Shown piece after piece: positions 39,786 through 51,257 of a DNA stretch of 64,000 nucleotides. Below the pieces are notes generated by a model. It ran no database searches. It saw only the letters and a list, made by a program, of their open reading frames with translations, and was not told where the DNA came from. Source of the stretch: Curvularia clavata. Taxonomy: Eukaryota. A program made the position numbers and the translations under genes. Each line of letters begins with the position of its first letter. The first letter of the stretch is position 1. The stretch is from contig CP089275.1 of NCBI GenBank assembly GCA_023920165.1, forward strand, positions 4,898,001 to 4,962,000, read 5' to 3'.

Positions 39786-41747
39786 ATGGATAGCAACAAT
39801 TCTGGGGGTGAACAAAAGCACGGTGGGGGCGACGACAAGATTCCAGTCGACATCTCTACTCCCGAGCGCAAGAGTCGAACTTCCAGCGACAATGAAAAGA
39901 TTGTCGACACCCAGACTCACCCCAAGGTCGAGATTCCCATTTACAACGATGTCGAGCGCGTCGATCAAACCGATTTGTCATTTGCTGCGATTCTGAAAGG
40001 TACTGCGGCAAACCCGATGAACGTGTTCGAAAAGAAGGCCGCGCTTATCAATGTTGAGATCGACAAATTTGGCATGGGCAGATACCAGATATGCATCTGG
40101 TTCCTTTGCGGCTTCGGTTACTTCCTTGACCTTGCATGGGCGCAAGGTGTCGGCTTGATCGTCACTTCGGTTTACCAAGAAGTGAGGACATGGCAACGGT
40201 TCATTGAAGCAAAGCTGACCAAAAATGCAGATGAACGTCCCTCCTCCTCAGCAGGGAAACATTTTTTCTATTGCAAATGCAGGTCTGGCTGTTGGTGCGC
40301 TTGGTTTTGGCCTGGCAGTGGATGTCATTGGCCGTAAATGGGCTTTCAACCTGACTTGCCTTATTACTTCAATCTTCGGACTCTTACTGGTATGCTGCTT
40401 GACTCAGAAAACGACGATAATTTGCTAAATACCAACAAGGCTGCACCTAAATTCAATTACAGCGCAATATGTGCGATTTACTTCCTCGCCTCTCTTGGTC
40501 TGGGAGGCAATATTCCCATCGACGCCACTATTGCCCTTGAGTTTCTGCCACACAACCGCCGCTTCCTCGTTGCACTCCTTTCAATGTGGCAGCCCATTGG
40601 AGTCGCTATTGCATCTGTCATCGCCTACGGTACGACCGCAAAATGGCGATGCGACCCAACCTTGCCCTCTTGTGCGACAGTTGGTGACGGCGAAGCTTGT
40701 TGCACAGTCAGTAGCAACATGGGCTGGCGCTACAACGTCATTGTTCTTGGATGTATGACATTGGCAGTATTCTTCCTGCGTTACGTTGTCTTCCGTTTCC
40801 ATGAATCGCCCAAATTCTTGCTCGCCAGAGGCAAGGAGGTTGAGGCGATTGAGGTTCTCCACAAGATTGCGAAATTTAACAAGCAGCCGCCACCGACGTT
40901 GACAGTGGACATGTTTGCTGCCATTGATGAAGCGGCTAGCAATGCAACCTCTGGCGCACATGTCAGGGAAGAAACCCCTGCGGGCACTAAAGCAACAACG
41001 AAAAAGGTCATCAAGGGTTTCGGCAAGGAGTTGAAACGTCTAAAGGGCATTTTCGACAACAAGCTATCCGCCTACATCTTCGTCTTGTTGGCGCTTACCT
41101 ATATGGTAAGTCTAGAATCTCTGTGCTCTAGGCTATATACTTATGATATACAAGGGTGACTACTGGTCGTTTAATCTTGCCGGATCTTTCCTTCCGATCA
41201 TCCTCTACAACAACAACGTTTCGGACGGCAGGTCAAGCGTCAGCGACACTTATCAACAGTATATGATCATCTACTTCCCTGGAATCATCGGCGCTGTGCT
41301 CGCGCTTTTGTCTGTTCAGATGCCGTTGCTAGGTCGAAAATGGTCGCTCGTCTTTTCTGCTCTCTGCCAAGGAATTTCCATGGCTATGTATACACAAGTA
41401 TCTTCGACTGCAGCATATGTTGGCCTGAATGCACTCGAGTACATCATGCAAACGGTAAATACCATGGATAGCATGCATATACCCGAATACTGACGAGTAC
41501 CTAGTATTTCAACGCAGTACTGTATGCATCCGCTCCAGAGCTTTTCGATACTGTCTACCGAGGGAGCGTTAGCGGTATACTCTCGTGTCTTGGTCGCATA
41601 GCTGGTATTGTCGCACCATACGCTGGTGCTCAGTTTCTTGCGGAGAAAAGCGCTGGTATCTTGTGGCTGGGAGCTGGTGGTATCTGGCTTTCCGCGCTGT
41701 TGATGTGCTTCTTACCAGTTGAAATGAGGAACCGTCAGATGTTCTAA
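39786..41747 (+). CDS. MFS transporter (SV2/aromatic acid-like subfamily)
   Basis: FGMGRYQICIWFLCGFGYFLD, DVIGRKWAFN, GGNIPID..EFLP, FHESPKFL, YASAPELF. Four introns at about 40182-40230, 40390-40439, 41106-41154 and 41455-41504; stop TAA 41745-41747. Confidence 0.9.
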
Positions 41748-42241
41748 GCGGAAAGGACTGTACCTACGTTAGTGGATCTCGATCGAAAAAGTCATTTTGA
41801 TACCCAAAAAACTTGAAGGAAGTAACTTAGATGTCGTGCTGGAGCACATCCCCATGGACTCATCTTATATCATGGTCATCATACTCTAGCATAAAGTCAA
41901 TTCTGCAGTCGTTCCGAGAATTGCAGACAGCAACACGATGAAAATACTTCGCTCTCACCCATTATCACTGCATATTACACTACTCATTCACGCACGCATA
42001 GGCCCGCAGCCGGCAATTCGGAAAGATTTCTGGAAATAACCTCTTGCTATCTTGTTGCCTGCTTATTTAGCATTATGTGTCTCGCTGTCAGCATGTCTGA
42101 GTAGCAAGTTTTGCCATGCGGTTGTCTGGCTACATGTAAGTGCACAGCGAAAAAAGGGGCCGTACGATTGAACAGCTGTGTATGCACTCTGAGCCCAAAA
42201 ATATTACCCCGCATCATACAGAATTACTATACATGCCAAAA

Positions 42242-43723
42242 CTACTCTTCAATCCTGATATCTGTCCTTCCCCTGAAGTGGCACTTCTCTAACCTCTCTT
42301 TCGTGATCAAAAAGCTATCCGGAAACCACTCTGGTTTCCCATGCGTACCACCTGCCTCAATCATCTTGACCAACGCCTCAGCTGATTTCAAGCAAAGCAC
42401 CATGCCATGTCCATTAAAACCAGCCGATACCCACAGACCCTTTTCTCCAGGGACTTCACCTACAAACGGCTGTCCATCAGCTGTGGCGCCCATGATCCCT
42501 GTCCACTCCTGTACGACGCGGTCAGCTGCCTCGGCATCGGACTTCTCTCCCCAATTTTCCGTGCCGTGATACCCCTTCAAGGTCTCACGAAGGTACTTGG
42601 AAATGGTGGGGTTCAATGACCCATCGTCTACGATTCCGTACTCGCTCGCGCCGCCGTTGGGAAGACGATTTAGGCCGCCGCCAATTACGATGTGCTGACC
42701 GCCGTCAGAAAGTGGCCGTGGAATCATGTACTCGTAGCCATTGCGACCGATGAATGAATAGGTTGTCGGAAGTGGGGCAGGTAGCTGGGTGGCGCTTCCT
42801 GGTCGTTGTACAGTGATTTGTCCACGCATCGGTACTATCGCCCCTTGGAGAGCCTTGAGGATGTAAGGTGTATACCCGTTCGTCGCGACGATGACATGTT
42901 CTGCAGTTATAGTATTATGCTTTGAGATGACATCCCATCGCGCAATACTTTCTTCATCACCTCTTTGAGAGGGCTGTATACTATCGACTGTTGTGTTGGT
43001 GCACAGCTGGAGTCCTTTCTTGACGCATTCTGACAAGACACCAGTCACGAAGCGGTACCCGTGAACGCGCCCAGCTACATATTCAATGGCTCCGTGCAGC
43101 TTTTCCTCTCCTTCAATCGTAGGATTTGAATTTTCTGGAGCTGCGAAAAACTTCTTTTGCACATCTGCCAGGTCTTCGTGGACTTCGTACCATGCAGCTT
43201 TACCGACTTGTCTCTCATGCTCCTCAGCATCAGCGCGTAACGCCTGGATTACAATTTTGTCCAGCTCAAAAGTGGACTTGTCGTAGACAAGGTCGACAGT
43301 GTTGCACAACTTGCTTTCACAGTCAATACCCATTGCTTCGGCCATTCGATGCGTTTCAATTATGTTGGCGTACTCCAGTCTTGCAATTTTCAGCGCCTCT
43401 TGCTTGCCAAACTCTTGCATATGGTGCATGTAAGTTCGATAACTGGCTGCCTTCGTATGTCCGCCGTTGCGGCCTGTCGCGCCAGAACAAATCTCTCGTG
43501 CTTCAATCATTACGACACGCGCATTTGGCTGCATTTGAAGAAGATTATGCGCAATCATGGCACCTGAGATACCAGAGCCAATGATGGCATAGTCGTAAGG
43601 CGTCGTGGGTTTATCGGTTTCGGGCTCGATGACATTTGCGAGAGGTGATTTCGGGTTGTGCCAATAAGAAGGCAGAGGGTTGGCGATTGGAGGTAAGACG
43701 GGGATACTGGCTCGTTGTTCCAT
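42242..43723 (-). CDS. FAD-dependent oxidoreductase, DAO family (PuuB/amine oxidase-like)
   Basis: Intronless 493 aa. IIGSGISG, EAREICSGATGRNGGH, VATNGYT, PMRGQ, WTGIMG.TADG.PFVG, AGFNGHGM. Confidence 0.9.
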   Translation of the reverse strand: MEQRASIPVLPPIANPLPSYWHNPKSPLANVIEPETDKPTTPYDYAIIGSGISGAMIAHNLLQMQPNARVVMIEAREICSGATGRNGGHTKAASYRTYMHHMQEFGKQEALKIARLEYANIIETHRMAEAMGIDCESKLCNTVDLVYDKSTFELDKIVIQALRADAEEHERQVGKAAWYEVHEDLADVQKKFFAAPENSNPTIEGEEKLHGAIEYVAGRVHGYRFVTGVLSECVKKGLQLCTNTTVDSIQPSQRGDEESIARWDVISKHNTITAEHVIVATNGYTPYILKALQGAIVPMRGQITVQRPGSATQLPAPLPTTYSFIGRNGYEYMIPRPLSDGGQHIVIGGGLNRLPNGGASEYGIVDDGSLNPTISKYLRETLKGYHGTENWGEKSDAEAADRVVQEWTGIMGATADGQPFVGEVPGEKGLWVSAGFNGHGMVLCLKSAEALVKMIEAGGTHGKPEWFPDSFLITKERLEKCHFRGRTDIRIEE

Positions 43724-44321
43724 GATTCATTCGGTTTCTCAAGCACTTCAAATCTTGGATAATTGTATTACTTCCTGAGCGACAATTGATTTCACACAGT
43801 GTCTGGAAGATGAAGAGATGTCAACACTGCAAGATAGAGGTACCTGATATAGGAAGTGGGGTAGATGGTATCGGCTACACATTCTTGTTTGCGTTAGGCG
43901 CGACGAATCTCCATCCGTTGCTTTGAACCTCACAACCCCTGCAAAGCGTATATAATTCTAGAAATCAATCAGGTGCTTCTTCGGCAGATGTTTGACTTCA
44001 AAAAAAAATCAGCCACGGTGACATTCATTTCAAATCTTTAGACTAGATGACAAACTTAGTGAGGCGAGAAGCATCCTAAGATATTGTCTGAGATGAAAGT
44101 TTCAAAAAAGACTCACAATCGTGTCTAAATAAAAGCAAGATAAGAGCCCTTCAGGCACGACGAGAAACTAATATTACTAAGTATTCAAATGTTGAAATAA
44201 GTATAGACTGCTCTGAAGTGGGATGATTGCTTATTGGCGGAAAGCTCGGGATAAAAATGTCCGGCCGCCATGTGCAAAGATTTGAATGCCATCTTGAGAG
44301 CACTGCATATATTCTACTTAA

Positions 44322-45518
44322 ATGCACCGGTTGTCACAGCTCTCATCACAGCTAACGCGCCGTTCCGGCTACACACAGAACCGGGTGGGTCAAGGTAATT
44401 CTACCCCGCTTCAACCAGATCACGGCACGTCCATCAACACCAACATGGCGAAAACAAAGGTCGTTGTCACGCGTCAGCTCATTGATGAGGCACAAAAGCT
44501 TCTGGATGCGAAGCAAGACACTTTGGAGATTGTGCAATGGCAGTCGGAAAAGGTAAGTCTATGCGGGAATGTGATGAGGATACGCACAGCTAATACATGC
44601 ATGCAGCCCTGCGATCGATCTTGGCTCTTGGAGAATGTCAAGGGAGCAAGCGGCATCCTTGTGATGCTGACGGATAAGGTTGACGAAGAGCTTTTGGAGA
44701 CCGCTGGGCCTCAACTGAAAGCGATTGCTTCTTTTTCTGTCGGTACGGATCACGTGGACCAGAATGCCCTCAAGAAACGCAACATCCGTCTCGGTTACAC
44801 GCCGACATGCCTTACTGACGCTGTAGCGGATCTAACCATCATGCTTATTCTGATGGCGCAAAGAAGAGGTGGAGAGTCAATGTCAAAAGTCGCCAAGGGC
44901 GAATGGCCCCAGATGCCGTGGCATCCTCTGCTCATGACAGGCCCGCAGATCCGGGGTTCAACAGTAGGCTTCTTAGGCTTTGGACGAATTGCACAAGCTT
45001 CGCTTCAAAGATTATTACCTTTTGGAATCAATCGGGCTATCTATCTTACATCTAAACCCGGGCAGCCTGTCAAAGAGGATCACTTCGGCTTGCTCAAGAA
45101 CGCCAGCATTCCCATTGAGCCTGCCACGAGCGCTGAGCAGCTTGCTCAGGAAAGCGACGTCGTAATTGTCGGGTGCGCTTTGACTGCATCAACTAAGCAC
45201 CTGGTCAGCACCGAGTTCTTCGCGAAGATGAAGAAGTTATCTGTTATCGTAAACATTGCTCGTGGCCCTATCATCGATACCGACGCTTTGGTGAAAGCGC
45301 TAGATGAAGGGCAGATCTTTGGTGCTGGTCTAGACGTGATAGAAAACGAACCAAACATCACGGCTGACCACCCGATTCTGAAGCAACCGAGGGCTGTTCT
45401 CGTCCCGCATATTGGAAGCGCGACAATCGAAACGCGTGAGCAGATGGCCACTGAAAGCGTGAAAAATCTGCTTGCTGGTTTGACGGGAGAGGAGATGATA
45501 AACGAGTTGCGTCTCTAA
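44322..45518 (+). CDS. D-isomer 2-hydroxyacid dehydrogenase (glyoxylate/hydroxypyruvate reductase-like); core enzyme starts at ATG 44445, upstream ATG 44322 adds a PTS2 extension
   Basis: KVVVTR, SVGTDHVD, TDAVAD, GFLGFGRI, VNIARG, GAGLDV.ENEP, VPHIGSAT. Intron 44553-44606. Confidence 0.9.
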   Translation: MHRLSQLSSQLTRRSGYTQNRVGQGNSTPLQPDHGTSINTNMAKTKVVVTRQLIDEAQKLLDAKQDTLEIVQWQSEKVSLCGNVMRIRTANTCMQPCDRSWLLENVKGASGILVMLTDKVDEELLETAGPQLKAIASFSVGTDHVDQNALKKRNIRLGYTPTCLTDAVADLTIMLILMAQRRGGESMSKVAKGEWPQMPWHPLLMTGPQIRGSTVGFLGFGRIAQASLQRLLPFGINRAIYLTSKPGQPVKEDHFGLLKNASIPIEPATSAEQLAQESDVVIVGCALTASTKHLVSTEFFAKMKKLSVIVNIARGPIIDTDALVKALDEGQIFGAGLDVIENEPNITADHPILKQPRAVLVPHIGSATIETREQMATESVKNLLAGLTGEEMINELRL

Positions 45519-46194
45519 GATACGTTGGAATTGCACTAGGTAGCGGATAGTTTCCAATTCTTATGAACATGTACAAGCAAAAAGAAATGGCAAAAATTAA
45601 GCAATCGACTCCCCGGTCCCAAAACTGCCCGACGCCCGCCTTCCGAATTGAGCTGACGCTCTACGACCGACAGCTGCGCCCCCATAGCTCACAGTCCAAA
45701 TTCCTATTTATTAGTTGATCCCTCAATTGGGAGTGATTCGGCTCAATCGGGCAATAGTTCTAGCTTCAATCAAGCGTTGTTTTTGCTAGGGGCCCACCTA
45801 ATTCAGTCAAGAGAATGATTGCTTGATGGTATGATGAGTAATTTTGTGATATAATTACTGCAAGCGTAAATGAGGTAGCAGAGATAACGTGGCAATGGAG
45901 AGGTGGGTGCGTCATCACATTGGGGCATGCAAACGCAGCAGCGAGGAAGTAGGCCATTTGCTTTGAGCCAGGGCTGGCGCAATCTACCGCACTCGGATTC
46001 TTATTAATATTATCTGCCCCAATGCTCGAATCTCCAGCTAGGTGCTATCTTTTCCACATCTATAATGCGTCGCTTGCTGCAGAAGCTTTTATACATCTTG
46101 AGCGAATCTTCCACCCAGAAATCGAACATTATGTCCGCATATTGACAAGCACACCATATTACATATCTACACCACAACGCGAGTGCCAAGCACA

Positions 46195-47745
46195 TCAAAT
46201 AAGTTTGAAACCGCCGGGTACAAGCGTCTGGAACACGCCGGATGGATCATACTTGTGTGCCACCTTCTTCAGCTGCTTGAGTTCGTTCTTTCCGTAACTT
46301 CCAAGCGGATCCTGGAATGAAGCAGCAAAATTCAGGTACTTCCAATGATGGTAAACGCCCTCCTTCTTTGTGATGTCCTCGACCATCTTCACGAGGTCCT
46401 TAAGTCCCTCTTCAAATCCATCGAAGGAATCAGCACCCTCGAAAGTGAAAATGATTTGTAGGAACAAAAGGTCCTTCTCAGGGGTCTCATCAGGACTGAA
46501 ACCAAAGCTGTTCTGCGGACTGCCCTTGCGCGGCTGGGCTGGAAGAGCCTGGAACGTGATCTCAGCAGTGGGCTTCGCGACTGCGTACTGCTTGCAGATC
46601 TCTGGTACAACCTCGCTCCACATGGCGTGAATACTGTGCATGATGGTAGGAGAGATCTTGAACGAAGTGGTTGCCCAGATGGTTCGTTGAGGGTTTGCGG
46701 CAACTGCCTTCGAAGCATTCCTGGTATGCTCACTGATAGGAGCTTCGATGCGGCCATTCATGACTTGAGGCTGCACTTCAGTAATGGCTTTCAATGAGCC
46801 CGGCTTTTGAGCTGCTTTAGTGTACCACATGATGCTGATTGGTGTGAAAGTGGAAGCAGTGTGGTTGTAGCGCACGGTAACCCAGCCGGCAGCGTAAGGG
46901 TCGTATTCACTCATCTTGAAGTTGGTGTATGCTGTGAACAAATCGGTGGCAGCATCGGGTCCGTAAACGGTTCTGCCACCCCAGATCTTGGGAGCAGGGT
47001 AGGCGGTGAGATCAAAACGAGTAACGACACCGAAGTTGTTTTGACCACCCTTCAGAGCGGCAAAGAGGTCGGAGCGAGATGTTGCGTTCGCATTGACGAT
47101 CTTGCCACTGGCGAGTACAACTTCAAAGTTCACAACTGCGTCGCATGCCCATCCGTGCTCAGGACTCAAGAATGAGATACCTCCTAATAAATAACGTTAA
47201 AGGTCTGACCGTGTAGCGCTGATGAGAGCAGTGTTTTACTTACCACCAGTCAAGAAACCAGCAGTTCCTACAACACCAATGCGACCACCCATGACGGTCA
47301 GGTTGCGTTTATCACCCTCGTCGTAGACATCTTGCCACAAAGCTCCGGCGCTGACTCTTATTACCTTGTCACCCTTTGCAATCTCAACCTTTTTCAAGCT
47401 CTGCATGTCGATTGTAACTCCATCATCGATGTTGTTATAGCCGGCATTGGGGTTGTGACCACCACCTTTGATGGCAAACTGAGTGCCATTGTTTTGCGTT
47501 AGGATTGACACAGCTTTGGCTACATCTTGAGATGTGCTAGGGCGCACTATACAAGATGGGTGAAGGCGAAGCTGGAGGAAGGGGTAGGACTGGATTGAAG
47601 CATTGTAAGTCTTCGCCTCCGGGTAGAAGGTGTTGTTTGGAAGGGCAGCGGCCAGTTCCTCGCATGCATTGTTGTTTGACTCTGGGTGTGTAGCCACCGC
47701 AGTGGCGGCGAGCCAGCTAACTGAATAGAGGGCTGTGAAACGCAT
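46195..47745 (-). CDS. Secreted FAD-binding oxidoreductase (BBE/VAO-like, AA7-type)
   Basis: Signal peptide MRFTALYSVSWLAATAVA, FAIKGGGH covalent-FAD motif, VGTAGFLTGGGISF (across intron 47184-47243), DLFAALKGG.NNFGVVT, YLNFA, KYDPSGVFQ..VPGGFK. Confidence 0.9.
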
Positions 47746-49686
47746 CTTGAAATTGCACAAAGCGAGGCAGGTGAGCGAGGTGGGTTGAGCATTTCCTGTG
47801 CCCAGAGGATGTCTTTTTAAACATCTTTCATTGTTGATCGCACCACCGCCAACAACATGTCCGCAGTACCGCAGTATGTTCACACCCCGGTTCCGAATTC
47901 ACAGACTTCCGAATACGAGGCTTAATTTGTGGCATTGCATTTTGCGCCTTGTTCAGTCAGCCGCAGCTGACATGGGCCGCTATAATTGGTCGATCGGCAT
48001 CTGGCTGTCCCCATCTGGTAGTAAAAGCACCTAGTAAGGTTTACACAACATGCTTATACCAAGCTTTGCCGCGTCGCAAACGCGGGGAGCCGGAGTAAAT
48101 TCAATAAATGTTGGTGAGGTGGGCGTTGAGGGAGTCTAAGAAGCAGGGTAAATTTAGCGACTCAGCAATGAACCAAGAAGGTATCTGCACCGCTAGAAGC
48201 TGCGGAGAAGTAGTAAGCGGTGAGGAGAGACACTCATTGGTATCCGAACCATTTTCTGAGGTAAGTGCCGAAATTGTCATTGGAGGAATCCGGCAGGGAA
48301 GCTGGGGGCAGGATATAGTCGGTTTCCAGTTTTTCGTTGTTGACCTACTAGTCTGTGCATTGTCTACTTTTCCCCCTCATCTCGACCCCGAGATTTTCTG
48401 AAGATATTGTTGACACTTCCATGTCTTATGACCGCTTTCGCCTTTTTAGGCTTTGCTTAGTTGTCAGAATAAGCGATCGAGTTACCGATGACAGGCCAAC
48501 CATGCGTTAGTCGGAGGCTGTAAATGGACTCCTTACACTCAGCCTTACACACTGCTAGCGCACTAAATTTAACCCTTGCTTACACATTGTTTTTTCAGTC
48601 ACAGAACTGTCTCTCTTCTTTGAATGATGCGCAGCACCAAAATTCTTTCCGGTACCATGGATACAATCCTTCGGAATATGCACACATTCGGAAAAGTCAA
48701 ATGTGCAAGCCTTGTATCCATTGTCCTTGTTGGAGTAGATTCTCAGGTGGAGCTATCCTGTGATTCTTTCGTTTTTCTTATTACTTTTGAGCCGCAATTC
48801 TAGTGACAACCACCAAATGCAAGGACGTTTCGTTGCATTCACAGTGCCCAGTTAAGAAGCGTTTCACTGCAACGCAACTGCGACATAAAACGAATATGAT
48901 CTCAAGTGTGATACCCGCCTCTGGTAATGTCCGCTCTTCGTGATGGCTGTACAGACCACATGCGAGAAATCAATTATTGAGATCTACAATCCTCGTTTCC
49001 ATTACCCCATTTCGCACGTGTTCGCTCAACGGAAGTTCTTTTTCGGAATTGGCAATGCTTGTCTGAAAAGAAGCTTTGACTCTGCAGTCGCACGACATGT
49101 CCATCGGCAATCGGATGCGGCACGGACCTGCTCGACTGTTGTCCTACCGAAAACCCGGCTCCAGTGCATCCGTGCTGTGAAGCTCGGAGTGAAGAGTCAG
49201 TCCCAGAAATCGTAACTTGGTGTACTGGATCGGGAAGAATTCATGATGAGTTCGTCATTCTGCAGCAGTGATAACCATTATCTGACTCTACTGAAGTTTT
49301 GGGAAAAGAATACCAGACAACTCTACCGGTTCCATAACCCTTGTCTGGCTCGGGCTGACAACAATGTACCGGAATCGGGGTAGCGACGAAAGTCGCTCGA
49401 CCATGATATGACCCGGTGATCTGAGCAAAAGGTGATTTCGGAAGGATTGGGTAGTATTATCTAAAAACGTATGCCCAGCATTGGTATCATGGGGAGACCG
49501 CGAACCAGAGGCCTAATACCTAGAGAGGCCTGAAGTCAATCGAACAAAACATCGCTCATCTCTACAAATCCAACTCATGAATTAAAGAAACAAGCCCACG
49601 CTCTAAACCTCGGTAAACAAGCAGCCTAATACCTTGAAAAGAATAAGAGTGCGCAATGTTAAGGAGATTATCTTCTCTACGTTTTG

Positions 49687-50672
49687 CTATGACTCTCGGC
49701 CTTGGGTGAATAGTGAAATCTGGCCGACGAAGAAAACTAGGATGGAAAATATAGCAACAGAGCTGTATGCGGCAGCAACCTGAAAAAGAAAATTAGTAGA
49801 GTGAAACTTAATGTGAGCAACTCCTCATACCTTAGTATTGTCATCCCAAACATAGGGATGATCCAGATGCGTAGTTGCTGACCAAACATGAAGGAACATC
49901 CCCACAATCATGCAAAGCGTGGCGGAGGTGAGAAACATAACAGGCATCTGCCAAGTAAATATCTGTAGAAGGCTGGGTGCTCTACGGCCCGTCTTCGAAC
50001 AGTGACTTTTCTCTCCGTTCGTCTTACTAAGAACCTTGCGGATATTTGCCAGTCCGTCACGATGCGACGAGAGGCGGTGCAGACGGACAGTTTGGTCGGC
50101 AGCAGTGAGAATACTAAAGAGCGAGAGGATAATACCACAGTACCAAGACGTCCTCACAGGCCACGGTGACTGTTCGCCATTTGGCAAGATGGAAGGCCAG
50201 CTTCCTGTAGATGTTAAGACACCGGCGAGAAGGGCGGCCTGCTAATTCTTAGCTCATCACGAATCTCGGAAATAGCCTCTGTCGTGAATCGCGCTTAGGT
50301 CATCTCTTACAGGCCACGCTCAGAGCATGGCTATGCAAAGCACGTGACTACGCAGCAACTTCAATCACAGTACTCTGTACGTACCACAACGCCCACGAAA
50401 TTAAGTTCGCTCAGCTTGTTGTCTCTCCACTTGACCGTGAGATCATCTCTCTCATCTTCGTCCTCAGTATTGAGTAAAATCTCAATAGGGTCATATGTCG
50501 TTGAGTCTGGGAGCCAAATGCCACCACCGAGGAATCGGAGCATGCGCACTACCGTCCATTTCTTGGTATCCGAATAACTGTTTCCTCCAATTCTTTGATG
50601 CGAAGAGCTTCCAATGAGTGGTGTCCGAGATCCAGAGGACCCTCTGTCTTCAATATCTGCCAAATGCGTCAT
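49687..50672 (-). CDS. Small multi-pass membrane protein of unknown function
   Basis: Three exons (introns 50239-50384 and 49780-49830) join in frame: KLSELNFVGVVAALLAGVL..SWP, WYCGIILSLFSIL, WQMPVMFL. About four TM segments; TAG at 49687-49689. Confidence 0.8.
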
Positions 50673-51257
50673 AGCTCGCAGTGGTGCCTTGGCTTTAGGG
50701 TGGGGTGTCGGCCGTGCTAATCAATGACGTGTTCTCCAAATATCGGACCGAGGAATGGAGATGAACCAAACTTCCTCAGCTTTGAGAGAGAATTGGAACT
50801 TTGTTGTTGTTGTTGAATGTATGTATACTTTGGGCTGCAGTCGGTTCCCTGTTTCTGAAGCAGGTGATAGGTCTCGTGCCTTTGAGATTATGACGCAGTA
50901 CAAATGATATGGATGCTTGGCCAATCAACGTGCCGCCTAGTCACTAGCGAAGGTGCATAGATAGGAGCGAGACACGAGGCTGCGATCAGAACCAAGGACA
51001 GATTGAGAATGTGGGACACGGTCGGTGGCTGTCGCTGACTGGTGGGTTGTCGGAAGTGTTGCCTCTTCTACGGCAATCGGTCGGTCCCATACCCCACTCC
51101 CCACGCATGGAGATGCGCCATTTGTATGGAGCTTCTAGGATGGGTCCGCAAAAAGCAACATCTCGGGGGACTCATAACCAGAGACGACACATGGCCAAAA
51201 TCATCAGACTGCACCCCGCCATACTCCAACTTGTCTCAATTGCAACAAGGAACAAAG

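Noticed and set aside
48940..49240. Possible decayed BTB-like coding relic
   Set aside because: The resemblance is vague and no convincing motif or gene structure is present.
49382..49397. AGCGAC-GAAA-GTCGCT GNRA hairpin, considered as a hammerhead ribozyme element
   Set aside because: No correctly placed CUGANGA core or additional stems; a single 6-bp stem is not significant.
51042..51257. In-frame upstream extension of the alpha-glucosidase ORF
   Set aside because: No targeting-signal features. ATG 51258 has good context and sits just before the conserved WWKEA motif.
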